DNA of 64,000 nucleotides. Source: Lama guanicoe (lineage: Eukaryota). The position numbers and the translations under genes are program-made. Under the pieces are notes generated by a model. The model was not told where the DNA came from. It saw nothing but the letters and a program-made list of their open reading frames with translations, and searched no databases. The stretch spans positions 631,190 to 695,189 of the forward strand of contig MU053334.1 in the NCBI GenBank assembly GCA_013239625.1, in the 5' to 3' direction. Positions 1 to 12,600 of this stretch are shown piece after piece (within the stretch, counting starts at the first letter, position 1; every line of letters starts with the position of its first letter).

Positions 1-710
1 CTCATATCCTGTGACTTTGCCAAATCCACTTATTAGTTCTACTAGGACTTTGTAGTTTAGGATTTTCTGCAGACAATAATGTCATCTGTGGCTCAAGATT
101 GTTTTAATTTTTCCTTTTCAATCATATGAATGTATAAAGTGTAATTTGTTTTCCTTGCCTTATTACATTGGCTAGGATCTCTAGGCTGAAGGAAGGTGGT
201 GGTAGTGGATGTTTTTGCCTCATTCCCACGAAGTCTTTCACCATCACCACCTAGTCCTAGTTTACTGACGGGTGTGTGTGTGTGTGTTTGTGTGTGTGTG
301 TTTAACCCATGAATGGGTGTTGGATCTTGTCAGATGCTTTTCATGTGTGTTTGAATCTACTGAAATGATTGTGTGGCTTTCCTGTTTCTGACCACTCACA
401 CTGCGAACTACACCAGTCAGTTCTGAAACACTAAGGTGACTTCACATTCTAGGAGGGAGTCCTACTTGGTCATATGTATTATTCTTCTAATTTATTCCTG
501 GAATCAACCTGCAAATATTCCGTTAAAGGTTTTTGTGTCTGGGCTCATGCAGTATATCGGACCTTAATTTTCTTCTCTTGACATGTTCGTCTCCGGATTT
601 GGTACCAGGGTTAAGATGGCCTCACGGAACGAGCTAGGAAGTGCTCTCTCCTCCTCTGGGTTCTGAAAGTGCTTGTGTATCGTCCATGTTATTTCTCTTT
701 CAAGTGTTTG
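1..710 (-). mobile_element. Old LINE-1 ORF2 (reverse transcriptase region) remnant
   Basis: Minus strand near 62-92 reads ..ATDDIIVCRK, a decayed FADDMIVY motif; T-rich plus strand resembles antisense L1M; disrupted, no ORF. Confidence 0.8.
272..301. repeat. (TG)n microsatellite
   Basis: gtgtgtgtgtgtgtgtttgtgtgtgtgtgt. Confidence 0.9.
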
Positions 711-1735
711 CTGTGGTCCTCCAGCCAAGCCTCCCGCCTGGAATTTGTCTACACCAAAGCAAGCACTGGACCAGGCTGATGGGAGCCTGGCTATGAGGGG
801 TCATGCTTCTGACCCCCTCAAAGACGGGGACATGAGGTGTTCTGTTGTGAGTGTGTTAAGTCAGAGACTATGGATAGAAGGACAGGTACAGGGGGAGCTT
901 GTCCCATAGCCCTGGAGTGAGGGCGAGGCTGGCAATGGTGATTCAGGAGTGGGCTGAGGGCGGACACGGTCACCTGGAGGACATGGAGAGGCACGGAGAG
1001 GCATCCTCCATGGAGCCCTGCGACATGCCGATGGTACTGGCTGCATGGACACAGAGAAGACTGAGAAGAGGCCAGAGAGGGAAGAAAGACTCCAGGAGCA
1101 CAGGGTGGGCTGGGGGTGGGGAAGTGAGAATCTTTAAAAACACAGTTTTAGCCCAAGAGCGTCCAGATAAGAAAGGTCAGCTGGGCCAGAGCTGCTGAGG
1201 GCACAAGAAAGATGTCTGGTGAGCTCTGCAGATGGAGGAGGCCCAGGTGACCGGACCAGGCACAGTTCCTGCTGAGGAAGATGTGGAGGCCATGGGGCAT
1301 GTACCTAGCAGGGGTCCCTCCTCCAGGTGCCTGGGCCAGCCATCTGTCCTCTGCCCACTGACGGCTCTAGCCCACCTCTTGCACATCCTTGACCTGATGA
1401 CTCTGGGTCTGCCTTTGCCAGACCTCGACCCTGGGAAGCTTCTCCAGTCCAAGGGCCCAAAGTCACCTAGTATACAGCTTAAACTGCACCCCCGCTCCCC
1501 ACGCCGGGAGCTGTCTGCTGCAGTCTGCTTAACGCCCTGAAGGGCCCTGGCACTCAGCATAGCGCCCAGCACCTAGACTCCTAAACGAGCGGGAAGTGGG
1601 GGCACCTGCCAGGGCCCAGGGGAGCACACAGGTATTTTGAGGGCTGTGTCCCTTTCCTGAGCTGAGGTAGCGGAGAAAGAAATGCAAACAGGCCCTCTCA
1701 GGAGGGGTGCTAGGAAGATCCAGGTGTTTCCATCT

Positions 1736-1833
1736 GTTTGTTTGTTTGTTTAATTTAGTGGAGGCACTGGGGATTGAACGCAGGACCTCATGCATGCTAA
1801 GCATGACCGCTACCACTGAGCTGTACCCGCTTC
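1736..1833 (-). mobile_element. tRNA-Ala-derived SINE (camelid Vic-1-like)
   Basis: Minus strand: GGGTACAGCTCAGTGGTAGCGGTCATGCTTAGCATGCATGAGGTCCTGCGTTCAATCCCCAGTGCCTCCA + (AAAC)n tail; A/B boxes; candidate TSD tccatct at 1729-1735 and 1834-1840. Confidence 0.85.
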
Positions 1834-2810
1834 TCCATCTTGGCGTTCCCATTGTTCACACAGCCCTCCCCCAGGGCAGGCAGGAGCAGGGGATTATCCT
1901 GATGGGAGTGAGGGCTGGCTGTGGAGGGCCGGAGCGTGTAGAAAACCTGCTGGTGAATCCACTTGGCCATAGACCCGCGCCACGGCCAGGCACCCAGTGG
2001 CTCAAAGGGTTGTGCGACCCCCTCCCCAACCTGTGCCCTGCTCCCAGTCCTCAATTCTCTTCTCCCACCTCTACCACACTAGCTTACGCAGAGCGTGTTT
2101 CCGCAAGAAACAGGGGCCCTCCAAGGCTGCCTCTGCAGGCGCCTCTCTGGAGCCGTCCGTGCCAGTGCGCCTTCAGCCCAACTGCCCGACCCGAAGGAGG
2201 AAGGGTCGGCTCTCACAAAAGCTTGCTGTGTGACCTTGGTTGAGTTCCTGACCCCTCTGTGCTGGTCACTGTTGTGTACCCAGGAAAACGGACCGGAGGA
2301 GGGCAGTGTCCCCGGCATGGCCTCGGGATATGCAAGGTCACGCTTGGGTCGCCCGCCCCGCAGCGCCGCAGCCCCCGGGAGGGGAGGAGGGAAGGGGCTG
2401 GTAACTCCCTCCCGCCCCGGTGGTCACGGCCAGCAGGGACCGCTCCGGCAGCCGGGGCCGCACACTGCCCACCCCCACGGCCGGCCGCCTGCACCGTCCC
2501 GGGATGCGCTTCAAGAGTGGGCCGCGCGGCACACACAGCTCAGCGGCGCGGCGGGGCTGGGCGAGGCCGAGGGCGGCGGGCTGCGGACCCGAGACGCCTA
2601 GTCCTCAACCCACCTCGACCCCGCCCGGCCTCGCCCGAACCACGCCTCGTCTCCCCGAGACCAGCTCCCCGGAGCTCTCGCCGAGGCCCCGCGGAGGCGG
2701 GCGGGGGGAGGACGTGGGCGGGCGGAACGCACCGCTGATTGGCCGGCGCCCCTGATTGACCGGCGCGGGAACCACTCGCTGCCGCCGCTGCATCCGGCTG
2801 CCCTCGTACG

Positions 2811-2885
2811 GGCTCGGCTCGGCTCGGCTTGGCTCGGCGGCTCGGCGGGGCTCGGCTCGGCTCGGCGGCTCGGCTCGGCTCGGCT
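2811..2885 (+). repeat. Imperfect (GGCTC)n pentamer repeat in the probable 5'UTR
   Basis: ggctcggctcggctcggcttggctcggcggctcgg... Confidence 0.9.
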
Positions 2886-2939
2886 GCGCGGCCGCGGACG
2901 GACGGACGGGCGTGCGCGGGGGGCGCGGGGAGCGGGCCT

Positions 2940-2960
2940 CGGCGGCGGCGGCGGCGGCGG
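2940..2960 (+). repeat. (CGG)7 triplet repeat in the probable 5'UTR
   Basis: cggcggcggcggcggcggcgg read directly. Confidence 0.9.
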
Positions 2961-3041
2961 AGGAAGCCTGGTGCCCCCGCCCGCCTGGTCCTCTCGGAGA
3001 GGCGGAGACAGCGCGGGCCGGCCGCAGCGGAACGGGCGCGG

Positions 3042-3559
3042 NNNNNNNNNNNNNNNNNNNNNNNNNNNNNNNNNNNNNNNNNNNNNNNNNNNNNNNNNNN
3101 NNNNNNNNNNNNNNNNNNNNNNNNNNNNNNNNNNNNNNNNNNNNNNNNNNNNNNNNNNNNNNNNNNNNNNNNNNNNNNNNNNNNNNNNNNNNNNNNNNNN
3201 NNNNNNNNNNNNNNNNNNNNNNNNNNNNNNNNNNNNNNNNNNNNNNNNNNNNNNNNNNNNNNNNNNNNNNNNNNNNNNNNNNNNNNNNNNNNNNNNNNNN
3301 NNNNNNNNNNNNNNNNNNNNNNNNNNNNNNNNNNNNNNNNNNNNNNNNNNNNNNNNNNNNNNNNNNNNNNNNNNNNNNNNNNNNNNNNNNNNNNNNNNNN
3401 NNNNNNNNNNNNNNNNNNNNNNNNNNNNNNNNNNNNNNNNNNNNNNNNNNNNNNNNNNNNNNNNNNNNNNNNNNNNNNNNNNNNNNNNNNNNNNNNNNNN
3501 NNNNNNNNNNNNNNNNNNNNNNNNNNNNNNNNNNNNNNNNNNNNNNNNNNNNNNNNNNN
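3042..3559 (+). other. BRSK2: Assembly gap (518 N) inferred to contain BRSK2 start codon and coding exon 1
   Basis: The gap is in the centre of the CpG island, just after 5'UTR-like sequence. The N-terminal GxGxxG-loop segment (..LGKGQT G) is found nowhere else, and exon 2 starts in phase 1. Confidence 0.85.
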
Positions 3560-6499
3560 GCGGACGGGGGCGCACGGGCACGGCCAGCGCCCCTCTGCTG
3601 GGCTGCAGGTGCGCGGCCCCGGCCGCATTGTGCGCCCGAGCGACCGGGCCCATTGTGCCGCGGGAGGAGGGGGCCGAGCGGGCGCCCATCTGCCGTCTGC
3701 CGCGGCCGCGCTAATAGGCGTGTTGCCCGAGCAGCTGCGCCCCGAGCCGCGCGCCCCCGGCCGCGACCCCCAACTCAGGAGGCCGGCGGGCGGGGAGGCC
3801 GCCGTGCGCGACATGCGGGGAACCGGGCCACTCTGGCCAGGCCGGGACCTCCCTCCAAGGTGGGAGTGGGAGAGTGTCGGCGCCACTCCGAGGGCTGGAC
3901 AGCGCCTCTCTCGCCTCCCAACCTCTGCTCAGAATGTCTGCGACACTGCACTTCCCAGGGGAGGGAGAGAGAGAGACTGGTACCGGGCCCCACCGCGGAT
4001 CCCGGGCCCCGGATCCCACACTGGTAGTGGAGCAGCCCAGTCTGCAGGAGGAGGGGGCGGCCCGGCTGCCAAGCCCCTCGTCTGGCTGGCCAGGTGCTCT
4101 CAGAGTGGCTTTGTGGGAGGCTGGGCTCAGCCATTTTCTTTCTTCTCCCTGGATGGGCCTCTCTTGGCGGCCCAGAAGTCCGAGTGGCACTACCTCCTCC
4201 TTGTCTCTCTGGGAAGTTCCTTAGACCTAGGGCAGGCGGGAGAGCAGAGGAAGGGAGGAGGAGGGTGCGGCAGGGCTGGACCCCCCCCCCACCCCGTGCA
4301 GGATCGGCGCCCAGGAGGGGGCTGCTGTGGCCAGGGATGCTGCAAGCCCTCTCCAAGCCCCCCAGGGTGGCCCAGAGGCGGAGCCTGGAGGTGGGAGGAA
4401 AGTGGGCCAAACCCCTGGCTGGGGGTGGGGGGAGGAGAGCCCGGGTTGTGATGTAACTAAGGCAGAGCGCAGGAAGGTGCCTGGGCCAGGGCAGTGGGAG
4501 CTCCCTCTCCCTCTCTGGGGTAGGCAGCTGAGGCACCAGGGGGTCCTGGGCAGTGGTGCAACGCCTCTGGGAGTCAGGGTGGCGGGGCCCGGGTTCCAGG
4601 AGGAAGTGGCAGACAGCCCGTGTTCAACTGAGTTCAGAATATGCATGTTTCCAGTAGTTGGTGAAATTCTTGGTGGGGGAGGGGCCTGGGGCAGCAGAAT
4701 ACAGGAGGCAGTGAAATAATCTAATTATCTAACCAATAAAATGCTATTATAAGGAAACGTCAGCGTGTAAGTGATGACAGCAGTGAATTGCATACAGTGC
4801 CGCGCGTGCCGGTCTCCGTGGGTGGGGGCTGGTCTCCGTGCTCTTCATTGAGCCCTACTGTCGTACAGTTAATTACAGGAGGTTTCCCCTGTAATTAACA
4901 GTAATGAGTACAAAAGGATGAGCCGTGTGTGAACAACATGCTGCCGGTGATGTTTAGAAGCAGCTCTGTGTGGCCCAGGACACCAGCAGTCTCCCTTCTC
5001 AGGCCCCTCCCTTTTGAGTGTTATCTGCCCTGGAGGGGTCCAGTTGAGGCACTTGCGCTGGGGGGGTCTGTCTGTCCTGAGTTCCTTCTGGCCTCATTGA
5101 GTGCTTTGAGCTGCTACCCAGGTTCTGATGGTTGGAGCACCTGCTTCCTGGAAAGGCTGGGGAGGAGGCCGTCCCTCAGGCTCCTGTCTCTCTGTCTCTT
5201 CTTTTGAAGGGTCGTTGGAGTTTAGTGGACGTGGGGCCTCCTGGTGTGTGTGTGCCAGGCCTGGCCCCTCGGCCTGCTGGTTGGCCTTCGGCACCAAATG
5301 CCCAGAGAGCTGTGACTTCCGAGGCCTGGCCTTTTGCTCCCTCGGCAAACGTCTGACCTCATCTGGGGACCAGGCTTTCTGCCGGGAGGCCTCAGTGGAA
5401 GAACTTCTGTTGCCGCCTCCCTCCCTGGGACGTTGGTCCTGCTGGGGACCTGCTGCTGGTGGAGCCGTGCAGGCCCCAGGCCCGGGGCCTGTGGTGTGTC
5501 CCCTGGCCCCAGCCTGGCTTTCCTCGTCTCACAGACACCTCCGTTCTCCTCGCCCTCTGTCCAAGTCCTGTCTGTAAAGGGGGTGCTGGGAAGAGTAGGC
5601 TTTGGTGAGCTCCATGCTGTAGCTGGGCCTCTGGGCCCATCTGACCCGGGCGCCCTGGCTGGCATGTCCCAAGCCAGGGTCCGCTGGGAGGCAGTCCCTC
5701 TGCTCTCTCTCAAAACACTGCACTTGGGGAATCAGATGCGGGTGGGCGATGCTGCCAGGTGTAGAGTGCAGGTGTGGGCAGAGCCGCCACCTCCACCTGG
5801 CCGGACGCCCCTCCGGAGGCTGGCAGGGCCTAGTTCCCACTTCTGTTTTAGCTTTTTAGCCACGGGTGGGTCTGTTGTGTTCATTTGGTGTCGGGCTCAG
5901 TGAGCCGGTCTGTCCCCATTAGGGCTGGCGAGGCAGTGGTCAAGAAGTCATGCCCTCTGCACAGCCATCCAGGGGCAGGTGTCGCCGTGCGGGGTGGAGT
6001 TCACTGCTGAGGCCTGCCTGGCCTCCCCCTGATTGGGGTGAGGGCATCTCCAGAGGGTCTAGCAGGGCCTGGGGAGGTCCAGGGGGTGAGCTGTGTAGGC
6101 AGTGCAGCCTTCATCCCTCCAGCCCCATTGGGAAACCGAGCCACACACGGCACTGCCGGAACCAGGATGCCACCGGCCCGGCAGGCCAGGAGGATCCTGC
6201 GGGAGGAGGGGAGGGCGGCGGTTCTGTGAGCCTTTCTCAGAGCCGAGGTGCACAGTAAGATGTGGGGCCTACCCTGGAAGCCCTGCACCCAGTGGGCGGC
6301 AGGCGAGGTAGGCTTTGAGGTGAGGGGTCAGTCCAGCTAAAGAGGGACAGTGGGCGTGAGGGGCCTCCCTGCTGCTTATCTGGCTGGAGGGCTGGTGGGG
6401 GGCCCTCCTCTCCCAGTTCTCGAGGGACCCTTGGAGAATCAGTGTGGGTGCTGGTGGCAGGCAGGCTGGAAAGGACTCCTGGAGGGGGAGGAGCTAGTG

Positions 6500-6620
6500 A
6501 AGAGGGGCAGGTGAGTGAGGGAGATACCGGTGAGCTGGGAAGAGACAGGTGACATGGAGGGAGAGACGGTGTGCTGGGAGGAGAGACAGGTGTGATAAAG
6601 GAGAAACAGGTGAGCTGGAG
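6500..6620 (+). repeat. Degenerate ~20-bp purine-rich minisatellite (gagacaggtgagctggga-like)
   Basis: About six imperfect units containing (c)aggtg/cggtg. Confidence 0.55.
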
Positions 6621-9600
6621 ACTGTGCCGGCAGACCCTGAGGTGACCCCCGGCCTGGAGCTGGAGGGAGGCCAGCTTGGAGCAGGCCGGGGGAGGCAGAG
6701 CCAGAGGTGAGGCCCTGGGGCATGGAGGACGATGTCAGTTTTGGAAAATTGGGCAGAAGGTGGCAGCTTTCCAGTTGGCGAGTGGCCGTGGTGCATCGGC
6801 CCTGGGGATGGGGCAGGGGCTGGCCCAGGAGCCGGCCTGGGGTGCCCTGGGGGCTGAGGCCTGGAGAAGGAGCAGGCCTCCCTGATGGATGGAGGCACTG
6901 GACTTGGGGCGCCCAGTGAAGGTGGACAGAGCAGGGTGAGTGGGGTCAGCCTCCACTGGCCACATGTGGACCACCCGTCACGTCTGACGGTCAGTGCCAT
7001 CGGCAGGCCTTGTTGCCCCTTGCCACGAGTCAAGGGCGCCCCACGCTGTCCTCAGGCTGGCCTCAGTTTACCCAACCCGTTTCATAAGTGAGAAAACAGG
7101 CTCTGAACTTGGTGCTTTGGTCAAGGGCATCAGCTCCTGGGGATGGCAGGAGGCCCACACGCACTCAGGACATGAGCTCGGTTAAAAGTTCGGACCCTGT
7201 TCTCAAACAGTGGTGGGCAGAGCTTGGGTGGGGGCCGTGGGGAGCCCCCACCTATCTCTCTGGCCCCATGCAGTGGTCAGAAAGGCTCGACACCCCGTCT
7301 GCAACTTTGAGTGGGACCGATGCCACCCAGCTGTCCTCCTGAGCACAGACCCTGCCCCAGGAAGCTTCTTTCCTCAGCTGAGAGCCAACCTCTGGGCGGA
7401 GGGCAGCTCTGCATGGGGGTCCCCGGCCTGATGGGGGTCTCACCTCAAAGGATGGGCAGTTTCCTGAAGGTAGGATGGGAGGGTCCTGGGGTGAACAGAG
7501 CCCCAGCACCCTGGTTCCAGAGTGTCCCTTACCTACTGAGGTCCCCTGTGGCTCTGAGCACCTCTGAGTTTTCACGCATCCTGCCTGAGTCACCACTGGC
7601 AGTGGCCACTACTCTGCAGGGATGGGGTAAGGGGCATCTGTACCAGGAAGGGCACAAGTGAACCCCGATGCACAGACAGTCACCCAGAATGTGCTCAGGG
7701 CCCAGGAGCAGAGCAGCCGCGGATTGTGGGGTTCCTGGTCCCACTGGCCTGCTGGAGACTGGCCAGGGACACCCCATCCTTACTGGTGACTCGCAGGCTT
7801 GGCCATGCATGTTGTGGGGGAGGGTGTGGATTCCCCCTGCCTCCCAGCCCGGAACCAACCAGCCACCCTGAGGGCTGTGTGGGGCCAGTGAGGGCTGTGC
7901 CGCAGGGCGCCGGAGTCCCCTGCTGCCCACACCAGCGGCTAGCCAGCACTGCTGTGGCCTGAGCGAGTGTGCGCCTTCCCCACCCACACATGCTTTTCTC
8001 TGGCTCCTTCTTCCCCTCGTTCTCATCACCATTGCTTATGTGTGGGGTGACCACTGGGCCTGAAAATGCCAGAGAAGTCAGGGGTGGGGGGGCGGCAAGG
8101 AGGGGGAGGGGGATGGCTTCTTGGAAGGCAGATGTGGCCTGCCAGCAGCACTGTCTGCATCCGCTCTGCCTGAGCACCAGCCCTGCGGGTGCTTGGCACC
8201 GTCTGTGTGCCTGGAGTCAGAGGCTCTGTGGCTTGCACTCACGAGGGGTGCTGGGGCAACTTTATGGTCTCCTCGTGCTCTAGTTTGGAGCACCTGTGCC
8301 TTCAAGGCTGGCAGACACAGACCCGATTTCTTTGGGGACCTGGGAGGGTCAGGTTCTCTCAAGTTAGCACCCTGACTGTGTCCTCTGGCTGCCCGCACCC
8401 TCCATGGTGGGGCTGTGCTGGCAGCTCCTCGGGCCCAGGGCCCTTCCTGCCTGTGTCCAGTGCATAGGCTGGGCCCCTTGGAAGGGGGCACGCTGTGCTC
8501 TCGGAGGCCTGCTGCGCACAGAGGGCGAGCGTGGTGGCGGGGCGTCCAGGGTGGGAAAGAGGCCTCGCCACCTGCCTGCAGCTCCGTGTGCTGCCCGCAT
8601 CGGCTGGCCTCTCTGGCCCTTGTGGCCAACTTGGACCCTAACGGGGTGGTTCTGTGCCCCTGGTTGTGGAAGCGCAGCCCAGGGACAGAGCTGTCCCGGG
8701 CTCTGGGCTCGGGAGCTGAGGGACTTTGAGCCTCAGGCCCCATCTGTAGGGCAGCATTTCCTGAGCTTCTGTGAGGCTCTGATGGCCAAGCACAATGTCG
8801 GGGGCACATCTGTGGTGCATGGTGTCCAGGAGGAGGACAGCAGGCCAGCATCTGTCAGGGCCCCTTGAGGGTCTCGGGGGAGGGAAGAGACCCCCTTCTC
8901 TGCTGGTGTCCCTTGTGTTGCCCTGGATTCTGCCAGAAGTCCTCTCAGATATGGGGAGAGCCAGTTCCTCTGGACAACTGCCCCAGGAAAGCCGACCACG
9001 GTGCCAGGCTACCCAGTCCTGCCGTCATCCACGGGCCGGCTGATGTGACCAGGCCACACAGCACTGGGTGGTGGGCCCGGGGTGGCCCTCTGTGAGCCTG
9101 GCCCAGAGCCCCAGGCCCTGGCGGAGGATGGCTGAGCTGCCCATGGGCCTGCCCGAGGCTTCACCCCAGGGATGGTGGCCGGCCGAGTGGGGCAGGCCCG
9201 GGCCAGCAGCCTTGAACTCTGGACAAGATGGAGGCTGGGCTGGGGCAGAGGCCGCAGGGACAAAGCAGGGATTGTGCCGGGCTGGGTCCTGAGAGGCGGC
9301 CCAGGCCTTGTCCTGCCGCCTCTGAGGGGCCAGTGTTCTAGAGCCGGGCAGCTGGGCGCCCCCCGCCCCCCGCAGGACAAGGCTCCAGCAGGCCTGGCGC
9401 AGCTCGAAAAAACCGCCCTTGTCTTTCTTCCGGTGGCTTTCTCCCCGTCCTTGCTGACTCCATCCCTCGGGGCCTGGGGGCTGCTGCCGGACCTCAGTTT
9501 CTTCCCTATGCACTAGGGTGACAGTGCCTCTGGCTGAATTTCAAGGGCTACTGAGGTCGATGTGTGTAGGGCGCTGGCTCGGCATCCTGGGGACACCCAC

Positions 9601-12600
9601 CCTGGCTAGGGGTGCTGGCCTGTGAGGACAGAGCTGCTTCCCCAGGTGGTGGCCACATCCTCGTCCCCCTGGGTGCCTGGGGCCGGCTGCCCCTCCTGGG
9701 CCTCCTCCAGGCCCTGCCAGCGGGCCTGGCTGACAGTGAATGGAAGGTTCCAGGGCCTTTTGGTTCTGGGTTGGGGTGTGGGGAGGGCCTCAGGGCACCT
9801 GCACCGTGGCTGCCCACTCTGGGCTCAGCCTGGGCCCCGGGGTCCTGGAGGGCAGGGCTGGCCTCCCTGGCCCCAGAGCAGAGGTGGGAAGGCAGCCCGA
9901 ACAGCCACCCACGTGGCCTGAGTGACATTGCTGGAGCTGGGGACATGTCAGGCTGCCGCTCCATCTCAGGGCTGTGGGTGTTTTTAGGGGGCGGCAGGAG
10001 GCTGTCTGGCCAGGAATGCGGCATCTGTGGGGGTGGCTGGGCTGGGGTGCTCCCGGGCGACTCCAGCAATGCTGGCAGCCGCTGGCTTAGGCTGGGGGCC
10101 AGGATGAGCGGGGTCTGAGGAGACAGCGCCTGGTCAGCCCTACTTGTTGAGGGGTGGCTGCCTGGGAGCCCAACGAGCCCTGCCCTGTGGCTGGCGTGAG
10201 CCCCATGGGCCACAGGCTGGAGGCGGGGTGGTGCTGGGGCCACTGCCTGGGCCGCCTGGTCAGGAGACCCCTCCCGGGAGCTGAGTCAGGAGAGGCCCTG
10301 GCCAGAGGTGGCCCCGGGTGGGGCGGGGCAGGGCAGGAGGCCAGTCCCCGGGCTGGGTGCTTCCCGCATCTCATTCTGTCTGGGACGGTCCAGAGGCACA
10401 TTGGGTGTGTGGGTCCCGCTTCCTCAGGCGTTGACGCTGGCTCCAAGCTGGAGGCTCGGGAGTGGGGCGCCACAAGCTCTGCCCACCCCATCTCAGACTC
10501 CCCTGTGGTCCAGCGAGGGCCTGTGGTGGAGCCTGGCAGCCCCTCAGGGCAGCTTTCCTCCCTGGAGGAATGCAGGCATCCCCTGGGAGTGAGTGTGGCC
10601 CTGACGCCCATGGAGAGGGGCCTGCCTGGAGTGTCCCAGCAGCCTGTGTGAGGAGCTGAGTCCCCTGGGACCATTCAGACAGAGCCTCCTGGCCACCCCA
10701 GGAGCCAGCCAGGAGACACAGAGGACCTGTGATCATGCGGGGACCCTGGGGTCAGCCTCTGTGCAGGGCCCAAAGACAGGGCCTCTCCTGGGTGTTTGGT
10801 GAGGAGCCCAGACCCTGTGGTGGGGAAGTCACATGTCTGCCGGCCTCAGTTTCCCTGCAATGGTTCAGGCACGAGGGTCAGGATACCCCAAGGAGGCGTG
10901 CAGTGCATGCTCAGGGCTAAGCGGGGACCTGGTACAGCTGCAGCAGCTGGTGTCGCCCTTGGGCACGGGCCTGGGAGTGGGCTCGGCCTGGGCAGGGGAG
11001 CCGAGGGGGAAATGGGGACGGGCAGACAGATGGGTGTCGCGCGTGCTTATCCCCTTGGCTTCGGGCTTTGCGTGCAGCTCTCGTTTTGGAGGTGGTCAGT
11101 GGGGAGAGCGGAAGGGGATTGTGGCACAGCTGGGCCAGCCAGCTGTGCTAGGTGAGGGGCCCAGGGTGGGGGCACAGTCCCAGGGCTGCTGAGGGGCTTG
11201 TCTGGTCCCTTCCCGCTGCCACATGGCGCCCTGGGATGCAGCCCTATCCTGCCTGTGTCCCCACCCCGCTGACCATCTGGCAAACAGCATCCTTTGTCCC
11301 GGGGGCCCACCTGGCCTGGGGGCCCATGTGCCTGCACCCCCGTGGAACCACCTCCTTATTTTCCTTTGTACACAGTCGTTTGCAGGCGCAGCAGTAGAGA
11401 GAAGTGCGCCCTGGGCCCTCGAGCAAACCCCGTCTCGGCCACACACGGTCCATTTGCGTCACCTCCCCACCCCTCCCCCACCCTGAACCTCATGTAACTG
11501 TAAATATTTCAGGGTTGTGTCTAAAAGATTGAGTCTCCTTAAAAATGCACTGTACCGCTGGCATCCTGAGAAGTGAACTCTGATTTCCCAAAGTGGCAGA
11601 AGCCCAGTCCGATGCTGGGACTTCAACACTAAAGGGCTGTTTCCCGAGCCTGAGTTCCGCTGCTGGCCCCTGCACGTGGCACCTGGAGGCTGCTGGGGGC
11701 CACGGCCTGGGGCTGCCTCGGCAGGTCAGATGGGCCCGAGGAGCTGCATTTCTTGTTCCCCGGTGATGCTGATGCTGCCCCCCCCCACCAGAGAGAAAAC
11801 CAGGTGTGGTTGTGGCCTGTCCCACTCTCATTCCTGCCCCCACCCTGGTGCCATGGTGGTTGGTGCCAGTGTGGGGCACACAGCAGAGTGCAGACCTGGC
11901 CCTGCCTGGGGGCAGTGGGTCTGCCCAGCCTGGAGGCCTCACTGCCCATCGGGCACACAGAGGATCAGGCCCAGGGCAGTTAACGCCAGGCTTTGGCTCT
12001 GTTGTTCTGGGGGTGGGCCTAAGGCAAGTGAGAACAGGTGGCTGGTCACTCACTGGCCCCTCACCCCCGAGACCACTGCAGCCCTGGAGGGTGTGGGTGA
12101 GGGACCAGGCACAGAGCTGTGGGCCGCAGGGCTGGTGGGCTGAGGGAGGCCCTCCTGGGGTGCTGGGACCAGCCCGCTCCAGAGCCCTTGTCTCCTCATG
12201 TCCCAGTGGGCCTTGGCTCCACACCCAGCACCACCTCCTTGGCTGCGGTGGTCCCTTCGCCGAGGGCCAGTTTGAGGATACACTGCCAAAGGTGGACAGA
12301 TGGTGCGCAAGGTGGTCAGCGCTAGGGTGGGGTGGCCGCGGCCTTGCCCACCTCTGGCCCACGCCTCCAGCTCCATCCTCCCAGAGCATCTCTGCTGACA
12401 CTCCTGGCCTGTGGCTCCGACACATGCCCTTGCGCAGGAGCAGCTGACGCTCTGCTCGGCCCCACGTTGTGCTGTCTGTTTTGGGGTTGGTTTCCGGGCT
12501 GCTTGAGGCAGTGGCCCACGCTCCTGCCTCCAGTGGGGGTCATGCCGGGTGCGCCAGCACTTTCCCCAAATGCGTGTGCTTCCAGGGGGAGCCATCTGAG

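Larger units (their letters stand above)
2310..4060. promoter_or_regulatory. CpG island promoter / 5'UTR of BRSK2
   Basis: Very dense CpG; GC boxes (GGGCGG ~2716-2725); inverted CCAAT (ATTGG 2738-2742); TATA-less. Confidence 0.9.

Noticed and set aside
1759..1830. Functional tRNA-Ala gene
   Set aside because: D-arm, acceptor and T stems carry mismatches, and it has an A-rich tail with a TSD, so it is a SINE copy.
3042..3559. BRSK2 as a 5'-truncated pseudogene
   Set aside because: The missing exon 1 coincides with the gap; all other exons are intact with catalytic motifs preserved.
2540..4451. Long ORFs (363-540 aa) spanning the CpG island
   Set aside because: They are open only because they read through 518 N's and GC-rich sequence.
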